From NCBI GenBank assembly GCA_977020255.1, contig CDROCS010001567.1:1-64000 (forward strand): a stretch of 64,000 nt of DNA, written 5' to 3'. Below, in pieces: positions 52,801 to 64,000 of this stretch. Under the pieces are notes generated by a model. It searched no databases. It was not told the origin of the DNA and was given only the letters and a program-made list of their open reading frames with translations. Within the stretch, counting starts at the first letter, position 1. Every line of letters begins with the position of its first letter. The position numbers and the translations under genes were made by a program. Origin of the DNA: Obrimoposthia wandeli (taxonomy: Eukaryota).

Positions 52801-53450
52801 TAGATCTTGTAGCAAAACGACATTTAATCTTAATTCTGAAGATTGTCTATGTACTTTGCGATAGTTATTGAAATCGCTGTATCATGTCATATATTCCAAC
52901 CAGAGGTAGAAACTTAGAAGAAACTCAGACCCATCATGAATTTTAACATTTAAATACTTTATTGATATGCAATCCTAACCCTGGCTATTTGAACTGACCT
53001 GTCTATCTTTGGTCCGTCAGCCCTGCCTGTAGAAGCAAGACCAGCAGTAGCACCAGTATCCAGTGCATATCCGAAACAGTAGGTCCACGAACAACTAATG
53101 TAGCAGGTGCTGTGCTACACGAAGAACCGGAGAAGAAGCAACATGTAGACATGGAAAAGCTGCTGTCACAGTCGTGTCGCGAGATCATCGCAGACAGAAA
53201 CTGTATCCCAATAGACTGTCTGTTGTCCGACTCTGATGACGACGACGATGCCCGCGTCACACTAGGACCCATAGCCTCGTGGTGTCGCAGCTCTGCAGCA
53301 CTATCCCGTCTCACAGCCTTCCATGCTCGCTATTTACAGGACAACAAGATATTTCTGAACCCGCGTCGCATCCGAACCGACCCCGACATCATCTTTAAAG
53401 GGTACAATTTCAAAAAGCAAGTTCGTGGAAGCAGTGTCTGGCTAAACTAG
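49845..53450 (+). CDS. INCENP: INCENP-like protein (Aurora-B-binding IN-box); 5' end uncertain
   Basis: Phase-consistent exons ~49845-49984, 50020-51028, 51253-51638, 53021-53450. The last exon encodes LLSDSDDDDD..PIASW..L..IF..DPDIIFKG..KQVRGSSVWLN*, matching the IN-box (acidic patch, PIPxW, DLxxIF, RxSSxxW). Confidence 0.72.
52540..52830 (-). mobile_element. hAT transposase remnant in an INCENP intron
   Basis: LVYVTDIFALLKKLNVSLQA..NIL..TAF matches the Buster-type LAYLxDIFxxLNxLNxSLQG motif. Confidence 0.6.
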
Positions 53451-53679
53451 ACGACTCAGCTTATTCTTATGTATGTTTGTCCTTTAATATATTACATTTT
53501 TCGAGAAACACGTTCTGACTAAGCTGATTTTTTTTTTAACCAAAATATTTACCTCACAAAATAACCGAGATATGGGGTGATCTCATTTGAGATCACTGGG
53601 ATAATAAGGTATTAAATGTATAGTTAATTCAAACAAAAACACCAATTTTTAAAAAAATGTATTGACGAGCTATTACATT

Positions 53680-54468
53680 TTGTGGTACGGTAAAAAACAA
53701 TCGACACATATAGGGATATTGCATTTTGAGCAATATGTTCTTGGTCATGAAGAACAGGGCTTGTTTTGATATCTTTGATCAAATGTTAAAAGGAAATAAT
53801 ATTAATTTTTTTTTAAAAAACAAATTAAATAAATTAGGACCTTGAAGAGGTCGTGTGGAAATATATAAAGGATGGTAAATCAGTGAAAAAATGTAAGACA
53901 AAACATAAGAAAATCAGAAAAATATATTTTTTGGAAAACTCGATTGTGGGAAAAATCAGGATGCACAACTCTCGAGCAAAATCTATTAAGAGCTCGAGAC
54001 GATCTTGCCATTATTATACGAGTAAAATCCATTAGAAGCAGACAGCAGTCCCACAAATAAAAGTCAATTTAATATATAAAGAAAGAGGATTGACTATTCC
54101 ACTCCGCAGAAATTAGACCAAACACCGATAGAATAGAAAAAAGGCAGAAGAGAAAGATTCGTCCAGCAAACGATTAAATCACGTCAGACAGGTGGGAATC
54201 GAGGTTCCTTATAAGATAAGAGGAGCATTCTAGGAGCTAGACATCAAGCGAAGGACCAGGAAAGAACTGATCACACAGACGGAATTCGGGAGTTTGAACA
54301 GTAAAGGTGATCGGACGAAATATTGTAATATTCGAAAATTGTTATTTTGATTGTAATTGTCGAAGGCCTGGAATTGAGAGATTGCAGGACGCTGGGAATT
54401 GAGAGAAAATAAGATAAAACAATTTATTGTTTAATAAAAATCCATTGAAATTATTATTTGCAATATAT
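53680..54468 (+). repeat. Partial LTR-like sequence related to the giant-element LTR
   Basis: Shares AATCGA.AC..GGGA..TTTTG and AGGACC..GAAG.GTCGTGTG.AAAT with 12590-12805; low overall identity judged by eye. Confidence 0.4.
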
Positions 54469-55743
54469 AGAAAGTCCCCGATCTCATAAAACGTTAAATT
54501 TAACAACTAATAAAGGTTGAAATTAAACAAAAAATAACACACACAATTTGTTAGAGCTCTATTTAACATTTATACTATCTATTTTTCAATGTGGCCGCCT
54601 TTGGCTTCAATTACACGCTCAAGTCTCCCCCTGAAGCTCTTCACTGCGGCACGAAAGGATTCCTGGGGAATTTTGGCCCATTCCCGCTTAAGAGACTTCT
54701 TCAAAGCTTCTGTATTATCATGGGCTGTAGCGCAGGCCTCTCTCTCCAAGATGGACCAGACACAAAAGTCCAGAGGGTTCAAGTCAGGTGATGAAGGAGG
54801 CCACAATTCCTTCCTCCAGAAAGCTGGAAAGTTATTCTCACACCAGTCCTGAGTTTTGTTCGCAATGTGAGAGGGCGCACCGTGCTGTTGGAATGTGAAA
54901 GGGTCATTTTTGAAATGTTTCTTCATTTCAACATGGACTGGAGTCAAAATATCCTGGATGTACGAGTTTGCGTTAACTTTGGCACCCTCTTTAACAAAAA
55001 TGAGAGAGGATCTCCAATTCTCAGAGATGGCAGCCCATACCATTACCGAGCTAGGTTTTTGGCAACGGTAAACGGATTTTACCGAACTGGGAATGCTATC
55101 AGCACTCTTAGCTAAAATTCTGTCCTTCTGCGAGTTGAACTGGGCCTCAACAGTGAACATTTTTTCATCAGAAAAGACAATTACCCCAGCATCCGTGCCA
55201 TCCTTCTTTCGGTTCAGGAGAATCTTGACTCTTTCGACCCTCTTCTGTTTTTGCAATTCCGTCAGTTGTTGTCTGTTGGTCATCTTGAAAGGGGATAACT
55301 TGAGATCATCTTTGACAATTGTTCTGATAGTTTTTTTGTCAACTTTGAAGTCCTTGGCCATTTTCCTCATTCTTCGTTTGGGGTTCCTCCTTATTCGCTC
55401 TCTAACGGCCTTTATTTTGGCTGGGGTGCGAGCAGTTCGAGAGCGTCCACTTCTGGGACGATCGTCTGATGTCCCAAGTTCTTTGTATCGGTTTACTGCA
55501 TCCCGAACTGTTGATTTTGGAGCTTTTAAGATCTTAACAATCTCTGGGTTCGTCTTTCCCGCGCAATGAAGTTGGATAATGGCCTCACGTTTACTCATTT
55601 TAAACAAATGCAAATTAAATTTTAGGAAATTTGGATCTGAAACATATAAATATATGTATCTACAAACAAAATAAGCTAAAAATGGATAAATTTAGTTAAA
55701 TAATAATATCTTTAATTCGATCGGGAACTTTCTCCTCACCCTG
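54469..55743 (-). mobile_element. maT (DD37D) Tc1/mariner transposon, near full length
   Basis: ORF 55613-54579 with VFSDEK, FQQHGAP (D>H) and WPPSSPDLNPLD, with 37 residues between the 2nd and 3rd catalytic positions. TIR CAGGGTGAGGAGAAAGTTCCCGATC plus TA at 55744-45; truncated partner AGAAAGTCCCCGATC at 54469. Confidence 0.92.
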
Positions 55744-55745
55744 TA

Positions 55746-56884
55746 GATGCCAATAAAACTACAACATGTCCACACATAAATAAATTGCAACACAAAAATA
55801 AAGAGGGATGAAAGAGGCAGAGAAAAAGGATAGGGTCACAACATAACTTATCCCTAAGATAACGGAGTCATGGAGTGAGTGGTGTTTTTCGGATGTGTTT
55901 CGGTGGGGAATTTGACTGTCTTGTGCTTGTTGTTTGTGATATGGTTTTATGGATTTTTTTAGACCGAATGGCAACTTGATGTATTCGTAGAGTCCGAATG
56001 GTGTGATGATTGCTGTTTTGTTGATGTCCTCTGTGTGCATAGGAATGTTGTGGTAGGCTGATGTGAGATCTATTTTACTGAAGATTGTTGCGTGAATTAA
56101 GCGTGTGGCGATGTCTCTTATGAGTGGAAGTGGATACGAGTCTGGTGTCATCATAGCATTCAACATTATGTAGTCTCCGCTGTATCTCCATGTTTGGTCT
56201 TTTTTGTTGCATCATGTAAGCTGATGACCAAGGGAAGTTAGATTTTTGAATAATGCTTTGTTTTTCTAACTCAGTGAATGTTTGTTTTGCGGCTCCTAGT
56301 TTATCTGATGGAAGTTGCCTTACTTTGGCGTGGCATGGTCGTCCGTTTGTAATGATTTTTGGGGTGGTATAGTTGATTGTAGTGTTTTGGTCGCTCCTTT
56401 TTTGTGTATATTGTTCCTAATACTTTTTGGTGATGTGTTCTACAGTTTGTTGTATGGGTGTGGGGGTTTGTGTGTGTTGGTGTTTGGTTTCGTATTAGTG
56501 TTTTGTTTTTGCAGTCGATGATTAGGTTGAAATTGGCTATAAAGTCAGCTCCAATGATTGGTTATATTAAGTCAGCTATGACTAAATCCCATTTGTAAGG
56601 GATGTTGTCTAAAGTTATTGTTAGGTTTGTCGTACCGAAAGATTTTATTTGTGTGTGGTTCGCTGCCATTAATGCGATGGGTGGGGTGTGTTGTCTGTGT
56701 GTTGGTGTGATGGTGTATGGGATTATAGATACTGAAGAGCCAGTGTCAATGAGGAAATGGATGTTGTTGATTTTTTAGTGCACCGTGAATAGGTTGGAGC
56801 AAACAACTATTTCAGTCGTTTTTTAGTTATGTACAAGATGTGGCTCGTTTGATGGCTTTGGTGCCGTATGTATTGTGGTAATAG
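55746..56884 (-). mobile_element. CsRn1-like Gypsy remnant (gag knuckle, protease, RT N-terminus)
   Basis: YYHNTYGTKAIK knuckle remnant; FLIDTGSSVSIIP; PDSYPLP..IFSKIDLTSAYHNIP..KTAIITPFGLYE..LPFGL. Confidence 0.8.
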
Positions 56885-58050
56885 TGTTGGGGTTTCTATA
56901 TGAAACTTCAAGATCCTCGTATGGAGGCTCCCAACGTGAGTTCTATAGCAATAGGGCTTGCAGTTATTCGTGGCCAATTTAGATTTTTTTCTTGCCTGTC
57001 TCAATCTCTAATCTGAAGGTTTTTTGATCGGTGTCGTGGGAGATGTGTAATGAGTTGTGTACACAGGGTTATTGAGAATTTCCCTTTTTGTTGTATAGTG
57101 TATGAAGGGTGGGTACTTGCCTGATTTTAAGGGTTCGTTCAAAACAACACTTCTTGATTGTAAGAAAATTCTATTCTCTATCTCACTCTAACTAAGTTCC
57201 TAAAAATTACAAAAACTAGTCCTATGTCACTTCTCTAAACTTCATACAAATGAGGATGTCTTGACATATCGATTTTAATCGTACCTAATAATTTTAAAAG
57301 CTTCTAAGTTTGGTGAAATTTGCTCTAACTTTTAGGGTTTTGTCCAACCTTTGGGTATTCGAAAATTACCGTACTCAAGACCACTTGAATACAACTTATC
57401 TTAATTACTGGAGATCAATATTACTAAAATTCAACTTTTTAAATCAAATTATTTTACTTAAATTCAAAACTATTTTAATCAAATGCTTTTATAACTTCAA
57501 ATTTATTTTAATCAAATGTTTTTGTAACTTCAAAATTCTTTTAATCAAATGCTAAGAGTCAGTTCCTCTAAGCCTCTCACCTTCCTCTTGAACTTAGAGA
57601 TATCCTCTCGTCTGTCTGTCCTTCCCGTATAGTTGGGTTCCTTGCGTCTGTCGGTCTTTCCTTCAACTTCTGGGAATCAGAATAATAATTTTTGTATTAG
57701 AACTCGATTACCTTTCTTCTTCACGGATAACTTGCACAATCCGATTCGTATTGGTAAAAAACAAGTAGTAGCTCAACTTCTTTCTTCTTCACGACTAACT
57801 TTCACCCTCCGATTCATATTGGTAACAAGCAAGTAGTGGCCCAACTTCTGGAATGCAACTCTTCTGCCAATAATAATAATTACTTTGCTTTTTTATATTA
57901 AATTTACCTTTACTGCTAAGGGATTCTCGGAGCTGCAGTCTACCGGCTGCTTGTTCTCTTAGTCTTCGATAGTTCTTTGGATAGACCCTAATGGATCAGA
58001 TGTTCACCTTTCAGAGTCTTCTGATTCTTTTCTTGTAGTGGTGCTAAGTG
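56885..58050 (-). repeat. LTR fragment of the giant-element family, inverted, inserted into the CsRn1-like gag
   Basis: The reverse complement ends GAAACCCCAACA as at 16508; contains short internal tandem repeats (~57470-57555); abuts the gag knuckle codons directly. Confidence 0.6.
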
Positions 58051-61000
58051 GCGCTAGAGATGGTTGATAAATTAGGTAATTCAAACTACTTTACGACATT
58101 GGATTTGCAAAGTGGATACTGGCAAATCGAAAAAGAGGAAGAGGATAAACACAAAACAGTTGTTTCCTGTGGAGATAGATTGTACGAATGTGAAAAATGC
58201 CATTCGGACTGACAGGAGCGCCAGTAACATTTCAGTGTTGCATGAAGTTTGTGCTCGCATCGTGTGCAAACACGATGGTTTATATTGATGACATCATAAT
58301 ATTTTCTAAGTCGTTCGAAGAACATCAAAAATCTTGAAGTTGTATTTAAAAGACTGGAAAATGCTAAATTAAAAGTAAAACCTACAAAATGTGATACGAG
58401 CAAGTAATATTTTTAGGACATATAGTATCAAAAGAAGGCATCTGACCTGATCCAGCAAAGATCGAGAAAGTAAAACCACATCCAGCTCCAAAGACTGTTA
58501 AGAAAATACAGAGTTTTTTAGGTCTTGCGAATTATTACAGACGATTTGTTAAACATTTTTCCGACATAGCAACACCATTCAGAAAAGAAGCACAACAAGC
58601 GTTTGAGGATCTAATGGAAAGACTGATAACAGCACTGATATAAGCGTTTCCGGATATAAATTGAAAATTCATACTAATGACATATTCAAGTAACTATGCT
58701 GTAAGAGCAGTTTTAGGACAAGAGGATGAGAAAGGAAGAGAATACATCATCACATATGCCAGTAGAGGGTTTAATAGAGCAGAAAGAGGATACTCTGTTA
58801 TTGAAAAAGGAATGTCTAGCCATAGTATATTCGTGTAGACAGTTCAGACACTACTTGCTAGGACAAAATGTATTCCTGTAGACAGATCACAAACCACTTC
58901 AGTTCTTGTATAAATATAGAGACGAGATGAGCAGTTTAAACAGATGGTTTCCGAAATGGGCTGAATTTGACCTAAAATTCCGATATAGAACCGGAAAGTC
59001 GAATGGCAACGCAGATTGTTTGTCGAGATTGGCAAATGTAGACAAAAAAGGAAACATAATACAAGAATAAGGTCAATATGAAGTCAATAACCAGAGAGGA
59101 GAAGCAAATCTACTGACGATTTTGCTGAAAACTGGTAAAATAGACAAAGAAATCATCAAAGAACAGAAGGAAAACGAATAATTGAGTCTAATTAAAGAAC
59201 TGTTAATGAAAGGAGATCTAAATGATGAAATGATGAAATGAAGAGAAAATACTCTATAAAAGAAGGAATCTTGTATATTGTCAACAATATCGGAAGGATA
59301 GTAGTAGTAATTCCGAAGTCATTGAGAGCGACAGTGATGATCCAGTACGCGATGGAACACTGGGAGGACATATGTCAAGACGAAAGACAATATCGAGAAT
59401 CAAAGAGAAATACTATTGGGATGGTATGAAAGACGAGATAAAACAATGGTGTAAACAATGTAAAGTATGTTTAACCAGAAAGGATACAGGAACTCATACT
59501 AAAGTTCCATTGAAACCGATGCCAGTTTCGTTGGCACCAGTGGAATTCACAGCGATGGATATATTAGGACCATTGAGAGAATCAAGTAAAGGAAATAAGT
59601 ACGTCATAGTATTTACGAACTACATGACGAGGTGGGTAGAAGCATACCCTATGCAGAACCAGAAGGCTGAAACAATAGCACAAATCATGGTAGAAGAGAT
59701 AATATTTCGATATAGAGTACCTAGAAAACTATTAACAGATAAAGAGAAGAATTTCATCGGAGAAGTAAAAGCAGTATCAATGATATTAGGGATCATGAAG
59801 TTACAAACTTCACCATATCACCAACAAACTGACAGGTTAGTAGAGAGGTTAAATAAAACTCTATGTTTGATGGTACAACCTTATTGCTCCGATAAGCAAG
59901 AGGATTGGGATAAGTATTTACCTTCATGTTTATATGCTTACAGTAATTCAGTTCGAGAGGCGACGGGTCACACACCATTCTATCTGATGTATCTCAGACA
60001 GGAGCTCAGGAACAAAGAGCCGATGATAGTACATGCGAACCGATATAAACTGGTACCGAATAAAGATAATGCGTCACGATATGAGCTAAGATCACAGAAA
60101 TTGAAGCCGAATACCAATACAATTAAATTTACACGAATGGTAAATGATCGAAATTACATAAATACGATGACAAATGGTAACAATGAAAAACCAGTGAGAA
60201 TTGGTATGCTTAGAAGGAAAGAGAAGTAATAAGAAGTAATCCGACACATCATACCTCAAGAGATATTAGAAGAAGACAAAAGAGATCATAGTCGTTTTCG
60301 AAAAAACACAACCGACAGATGTAGCGAGAGAAGTTATTTTGAAAGATGCATTAACAAAAGAATTTCTGTGCGAACTTAGAGGGTCATATTTTGATGGAAA
60401 TACACTAGTCGCGAAACTTTTTCAAAACTTCAATGTGTTTACGACTGAGAAAGTGATCATAGAAATCACACTGACACCAAACGTAGTTGCATGGCAGAAC
60501 TATGACAGTACAGAAGTAGGACTAGTCAGTCAGGAAGAAAAGGAACCGGCTGGTGATCAAATACTTCATGGAACACCGACACTGATGATGTTACTAGTGT
60601 TGATAGGACTAATCGATGTTTGGTTAATCAGAAAATGTTTTCGACTCATAAGAACCGACAAAGAAAGATTCTAGTTTGTGAAAATGAAGAGACCAAATGG
60701 ACCAAAGACGGAAGTACTTGTTTACATAGACAAAAGAATAGAGGATAAAATAGTAAATGAAGCGATATATTACCCACAAAACAGACAACTGAATCAATTC
60801 CGAATGGACTACGAATCTGACTAACAGCACACACTCGATAGAATATCAGAAACGTTCGCAGGATGTTGGCGAAGAAAACGAATTGCGAAGTAAATACAAA
60901 AAGAAGCGGATACAAAAGGTACAACATATATATTCGACGGCGATGTCATCAAAACACGTGAGTATGGAAGTAAGAGAGTGATAATCAAAAACAAAGAATG

Positions 61001-61279
61001 ACGTAAAACATACTTGTCTGCTAAAAATGGATTTGGAGACCTAGTGATACAAGGCAAACAAGTACATTTGATTATAAAAAAACGGAATCGAAGAAATGTC
61101 AAACAACGACAGATAACAAAGACAAAATGATGCAACCGGAAACAAATATGTGTGAAACAAATAATAGAAAAGAGATCCGGAAACAGAAAATAATAGGCAT
61201 CATACTGGTCATACAAGTCACAACAACTGAGGCTGGTTAGGAGATCTTTGTCAGTAAATGGAGACAAGATACGATACGA

Positions 61280-62350
61280 GTGCTATACATAGAAATACCT
61301 TTACTAAAAAGAAATCACATAGTGGACATTCAACTACAAACATCTGCAACTGAAAATGTCAACCATAAATTGAACATTATCCGTGATATCAGAATAAAGA
61401 TCGATGAACATTTACTCTACTACCGACTAATTCTTTTTTATTACAAAAATATGTTATACCTACGAATAACCATATCTAAAAGGAAACAGATTATCCAAGT
61501 CATTCAAACAAAATTAGTAATATTTCCTAACGACGAACGCATCTGGAAAGTTATCGACAGGATTATTGTCACCGGTAAACGACGTAAAACTGTATGGAAT
61601 TACATTAACCTGTTTTGCAGATTGCTGGAGATTGACAAGGTAACAGTGGCGTGTCCCAATCCAGTTGATGGAATCAAATTCGCAATACAACCCCAAATTT
61701 TAATACCACATTATGATGCAGAATGTACATGTAACCAAATTCCCAGTGATGCTAAAGAAACCTCTACCGTAATCATCGTAATAACAGATCAAATATACTA
61801 TGTAACTCTAAAGTACCAGACAAGTCAATTCAATGGAATAGGCACGAGGATTAGACCCAGGAAACCCCATTCTGGAAAACCAAGCACAATTATAAAAAAG
61901 GCAAAAGTGAAAGGAAGAAAGCCCAATTCCAGAAACCGAAGCACAATCATCGAGAGGAAAAGAGTGAAGGAAACGATTCCACTGGATCTCAAATCTCGAA
62001 TAATAATACCACTTAGACAAAAAACAAAAAGTCTAAAACCTCGAATGATCAAAACATTTAAAATTACATATGGAAATCAAACAGCACCACTCGAAACGCC
62101 ATTCAAACCGACGAACATCAAAGGAGAGTACGATTACCAATCCACAGACAGCAGAATGACACCAGTCAATACTTTAATCGTAATGGCCGTAGTCTCAACT
62201 GCAGTATTTTTACTAACAGTAATGTGCGTAAAAGGCAGCCAGGTATGCCCAAGGATACGACGGAGATACAAAGGGCTGCGATGCTGTAACACACTCATGA
62301 TGGAGGAAGTGGAATTGCGACCCTTGCCTCCGCCTTCCATCAAGATATGA
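61280..62350 (+). CDS. Paralog of the 456-aa membrane ORF
   Basis: Open for 356 codons; aligns with 9345-10715 using in-frame indels; same TM and LRPLPPP.IKI end. Confidence 0.7.
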   Translation: MLYIEIPLLKRNHIVDIQLQTSATENVNHKLNIIRDIRIKIDEHLLYYRLILFYYKNMLYLRITISKRKQIIQVIQTKLVIFPNDERIWKVIDRIIVTGKRRKTVWNYINLFCRLLEIDKVTVACPNPVDGIKFAIQPQILIPHYDAECTCNQIPSDAKETSTVIIVITDQIYYVTLKYQTSQFNGIGTRIRPRKPHSGKPSTIIKKAKVKGRKPNSRNRSTIIERKRVKETIPLDLKSRIIIPLRQKTKSLKPRMIKTFKITYGNQTAPLETPFKPTNIKGEYDYQSTDSRMTPVNTLIVMAVVSTAVFLLTVMCVKGSQVCPRIRRRYKGLRCCNTLMMEEVELRPLPPPSIKI

Positions 62351-62480
62351 CAAGTCAAAGGAGGTTGTAGATAAATTATTGTGTAAAAATATGTACAAAA
62401 TGTTAAGAAAGTGAGTGTAAAAAACAAATGTAGAATTATGTAGAAATTATGTAGAAATTAATTGTCATCATGTATTTAAA

Positions 62481-64000
62481 ATGTCTGGGGAATGTCCAAT
62501 ATATTTAGAAGATATACTAGAACGAAGAGCAAGGCCCAATACCTACAACCACCTATTTCACGAGAAATGTTTATCAAAATGGATAATAACTTATTGAGAG
62601 TTACCTCATCCAACATATCCTCGCTGCCCTGTATGCAGAAGACAACTCACAAAGTACATCATAATAGAACCCAACCAAGAGGACGTCGATGTACAGGTGG
62701 AATTTTGTTGGAAAAGCTTGAGAGAGTGTTGGTGTTTTTTCTGTATATCAGAACGACAGAATCCGACAGAATCCGACCAAATCTTTAAACATCACACAAC
62801 AACAAACCCTCAATCGAGTCCAAATTCAACACCACCCCTCTCACAGCAATGCCTGGAGGATGTTCCATCTACTACGAGAAAATCCAGGACGACTACACTA
62901 AACCAAACAACTGCGGCCACGAATTCTATATTCAATGCCTCGAGACCTGGATCCCCATCGTCAACAGCAACACGCCCCTCGACTACCCAACCTGCCTAAT
63001 ATGCAGGGCATCCTTCTTGGTATATTCCATATACAACCGAGATTGCCTCCAAGCAATGGTATCCATCGTACACTGCTGGAAAGACATCTGCGACTGCTGG
63101 TGTATTTTCTGCGTGGAGGAGCGACGGACAGGCCAGCCCAACAGCCAACAATAATCGAAGGTAACTTTTTGACAAAAACGCGACATCATGAACTAACCCT
63201 GTGTATCACATACCGCTGTAAAATATCTACCATAAAATTGTAAATTATAATGGAATAATCTTGTAAAACCGTAAATGACCTTAACCATTTTTATGTATGA
63301 TGTTTATTTGAAATTGTAATTATTATATTGATAAACACCTAAGAAGACAATTTTTATACACTTAGAATGTGCAGATAGGTACCCAAGTAATATGACAAAC
63401 TTCGGCAATTAAAATATTAAGAATTAAATCATATAAGATCAAGGATGAGAAGGTAATTTAACTAATACACCACCACTCATGAAGAATGCTGTGTTCAGTT
63501 TGTCTCAACAAACTCCGAGGCCCGTCGGCAGTTCCCCAAGGGTGCGGTCACCACTTTCATGAAGAGTGCCTATACACCTGGGCCACATCCCGGTCAGTCA
63601 ACAACCTTACCTGCCCCATATGCCGAGCCGCTTTCGAGGATTGGACGGTCCAATGCCGTGGCCGTCTGGTAGGCAGACACTCACCCACCAGCTGTATCAG
63701 TGGCGAGTAGTGCCGATGCCCCATATGCCCAGTACGCCGTCTCGACGCGCAGTGACAAGTTTGAGAGTTGTGGCGGTCCAGCCGGGACCACCACTATTGG
63801 CAGTATGCTCGGAGAGTGTGGCTCAACACTCGAGAGCGACACATTTCCGGCGTTTGGGGCACCCCAACGTTTCGTCAGAGCCCCAACTTGAACATTTTCC
63901 AACAGCTGGGTCTCTATTTCGGTGATGTTCCAGTCTTTTCAACTCTACCCCTGGAGCAGGTGATGCTGTTCCTGGAGGAACAGAACCAACCCGTACAGAC
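62481..64000 (+). pseudogene. Three decayed RING-H2 ORFs of copy 2
   Basis: RING1 has C>Y changes and an in-frame TGA; RING2 (62849-63154) has C>Y and H>Y at zinc ligands; RING3 (from 63486) has an intact RING followed by a TAG at 63710. Confidence 0.8.

Larger units (their letters stand above)
58057..64000 (+). mobile_element. Second, diverged copy of the giant Gypsy element; 5'-truncated within RT, internally deleted, runs off the window
   Basis: Colinear homology to 3114-12320: RT/RH fragments, integrase ORF 59372-60229, TM ORF 61280-62350, and three RING-H2 ORFs at 62481, 62849 and 63486. Confidence 0.93.

Noticed and set aside
58049-58060. Primer-binding site TGGCGCTAGA for copy 2
   Set aside because: It lies at a rearrangement junction directly against mid-RT sequence, with no same-strand LTR upstream.

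Overview
AT-rich eukaryotic (animal-like) genomic DNA, dense in transposons, with two host genes. The first is a complete 9-exon glutathione synthetase (minus strand, 33808->21415, 479 aa; all splice phases reconcile). The second is an INCENP-like gene with a C-terminal IN-box (plus strand, ~49845-53450). The main feature is a decayed giant Ty3/Gypsy LTR retroelement (1-16508; its 5' end lies outside the window). Its order is: protease 1, a complete IAP module (BIR-BIR-RING), protease 2, RT, RNase H, integrase, an unknown domain, a dual-specificity phosphatase plus a probable pseudophosphatase, several membrane-protein ORFs, three tandem RING-H2 ORFs each preceded by a splice-acceptor-like site, and a ~4 kb LTR containing ~35 copies of a 68-bp repeat. 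A second, diverged and internally deleted copy starts at ~58057 and runs off the end. A second system consists of two remnants of a family-B (Polinton-type) DNA polymerase element. Each has the layout polB C-terminus > AT-rich tract > subterminal tandem repeats > GC-rich terminal hairpin. One forms a ~480-bp-arm foldback inside a GSS intron; the other lies next to a spliced TBP-like ORF. The rest is remnants of hAT, mariner, Tc1, maT, pogo, BEL and other Gypsy elements. All calls come from manual translation and motif recognition; no database searches were run. Host taxon is not established.
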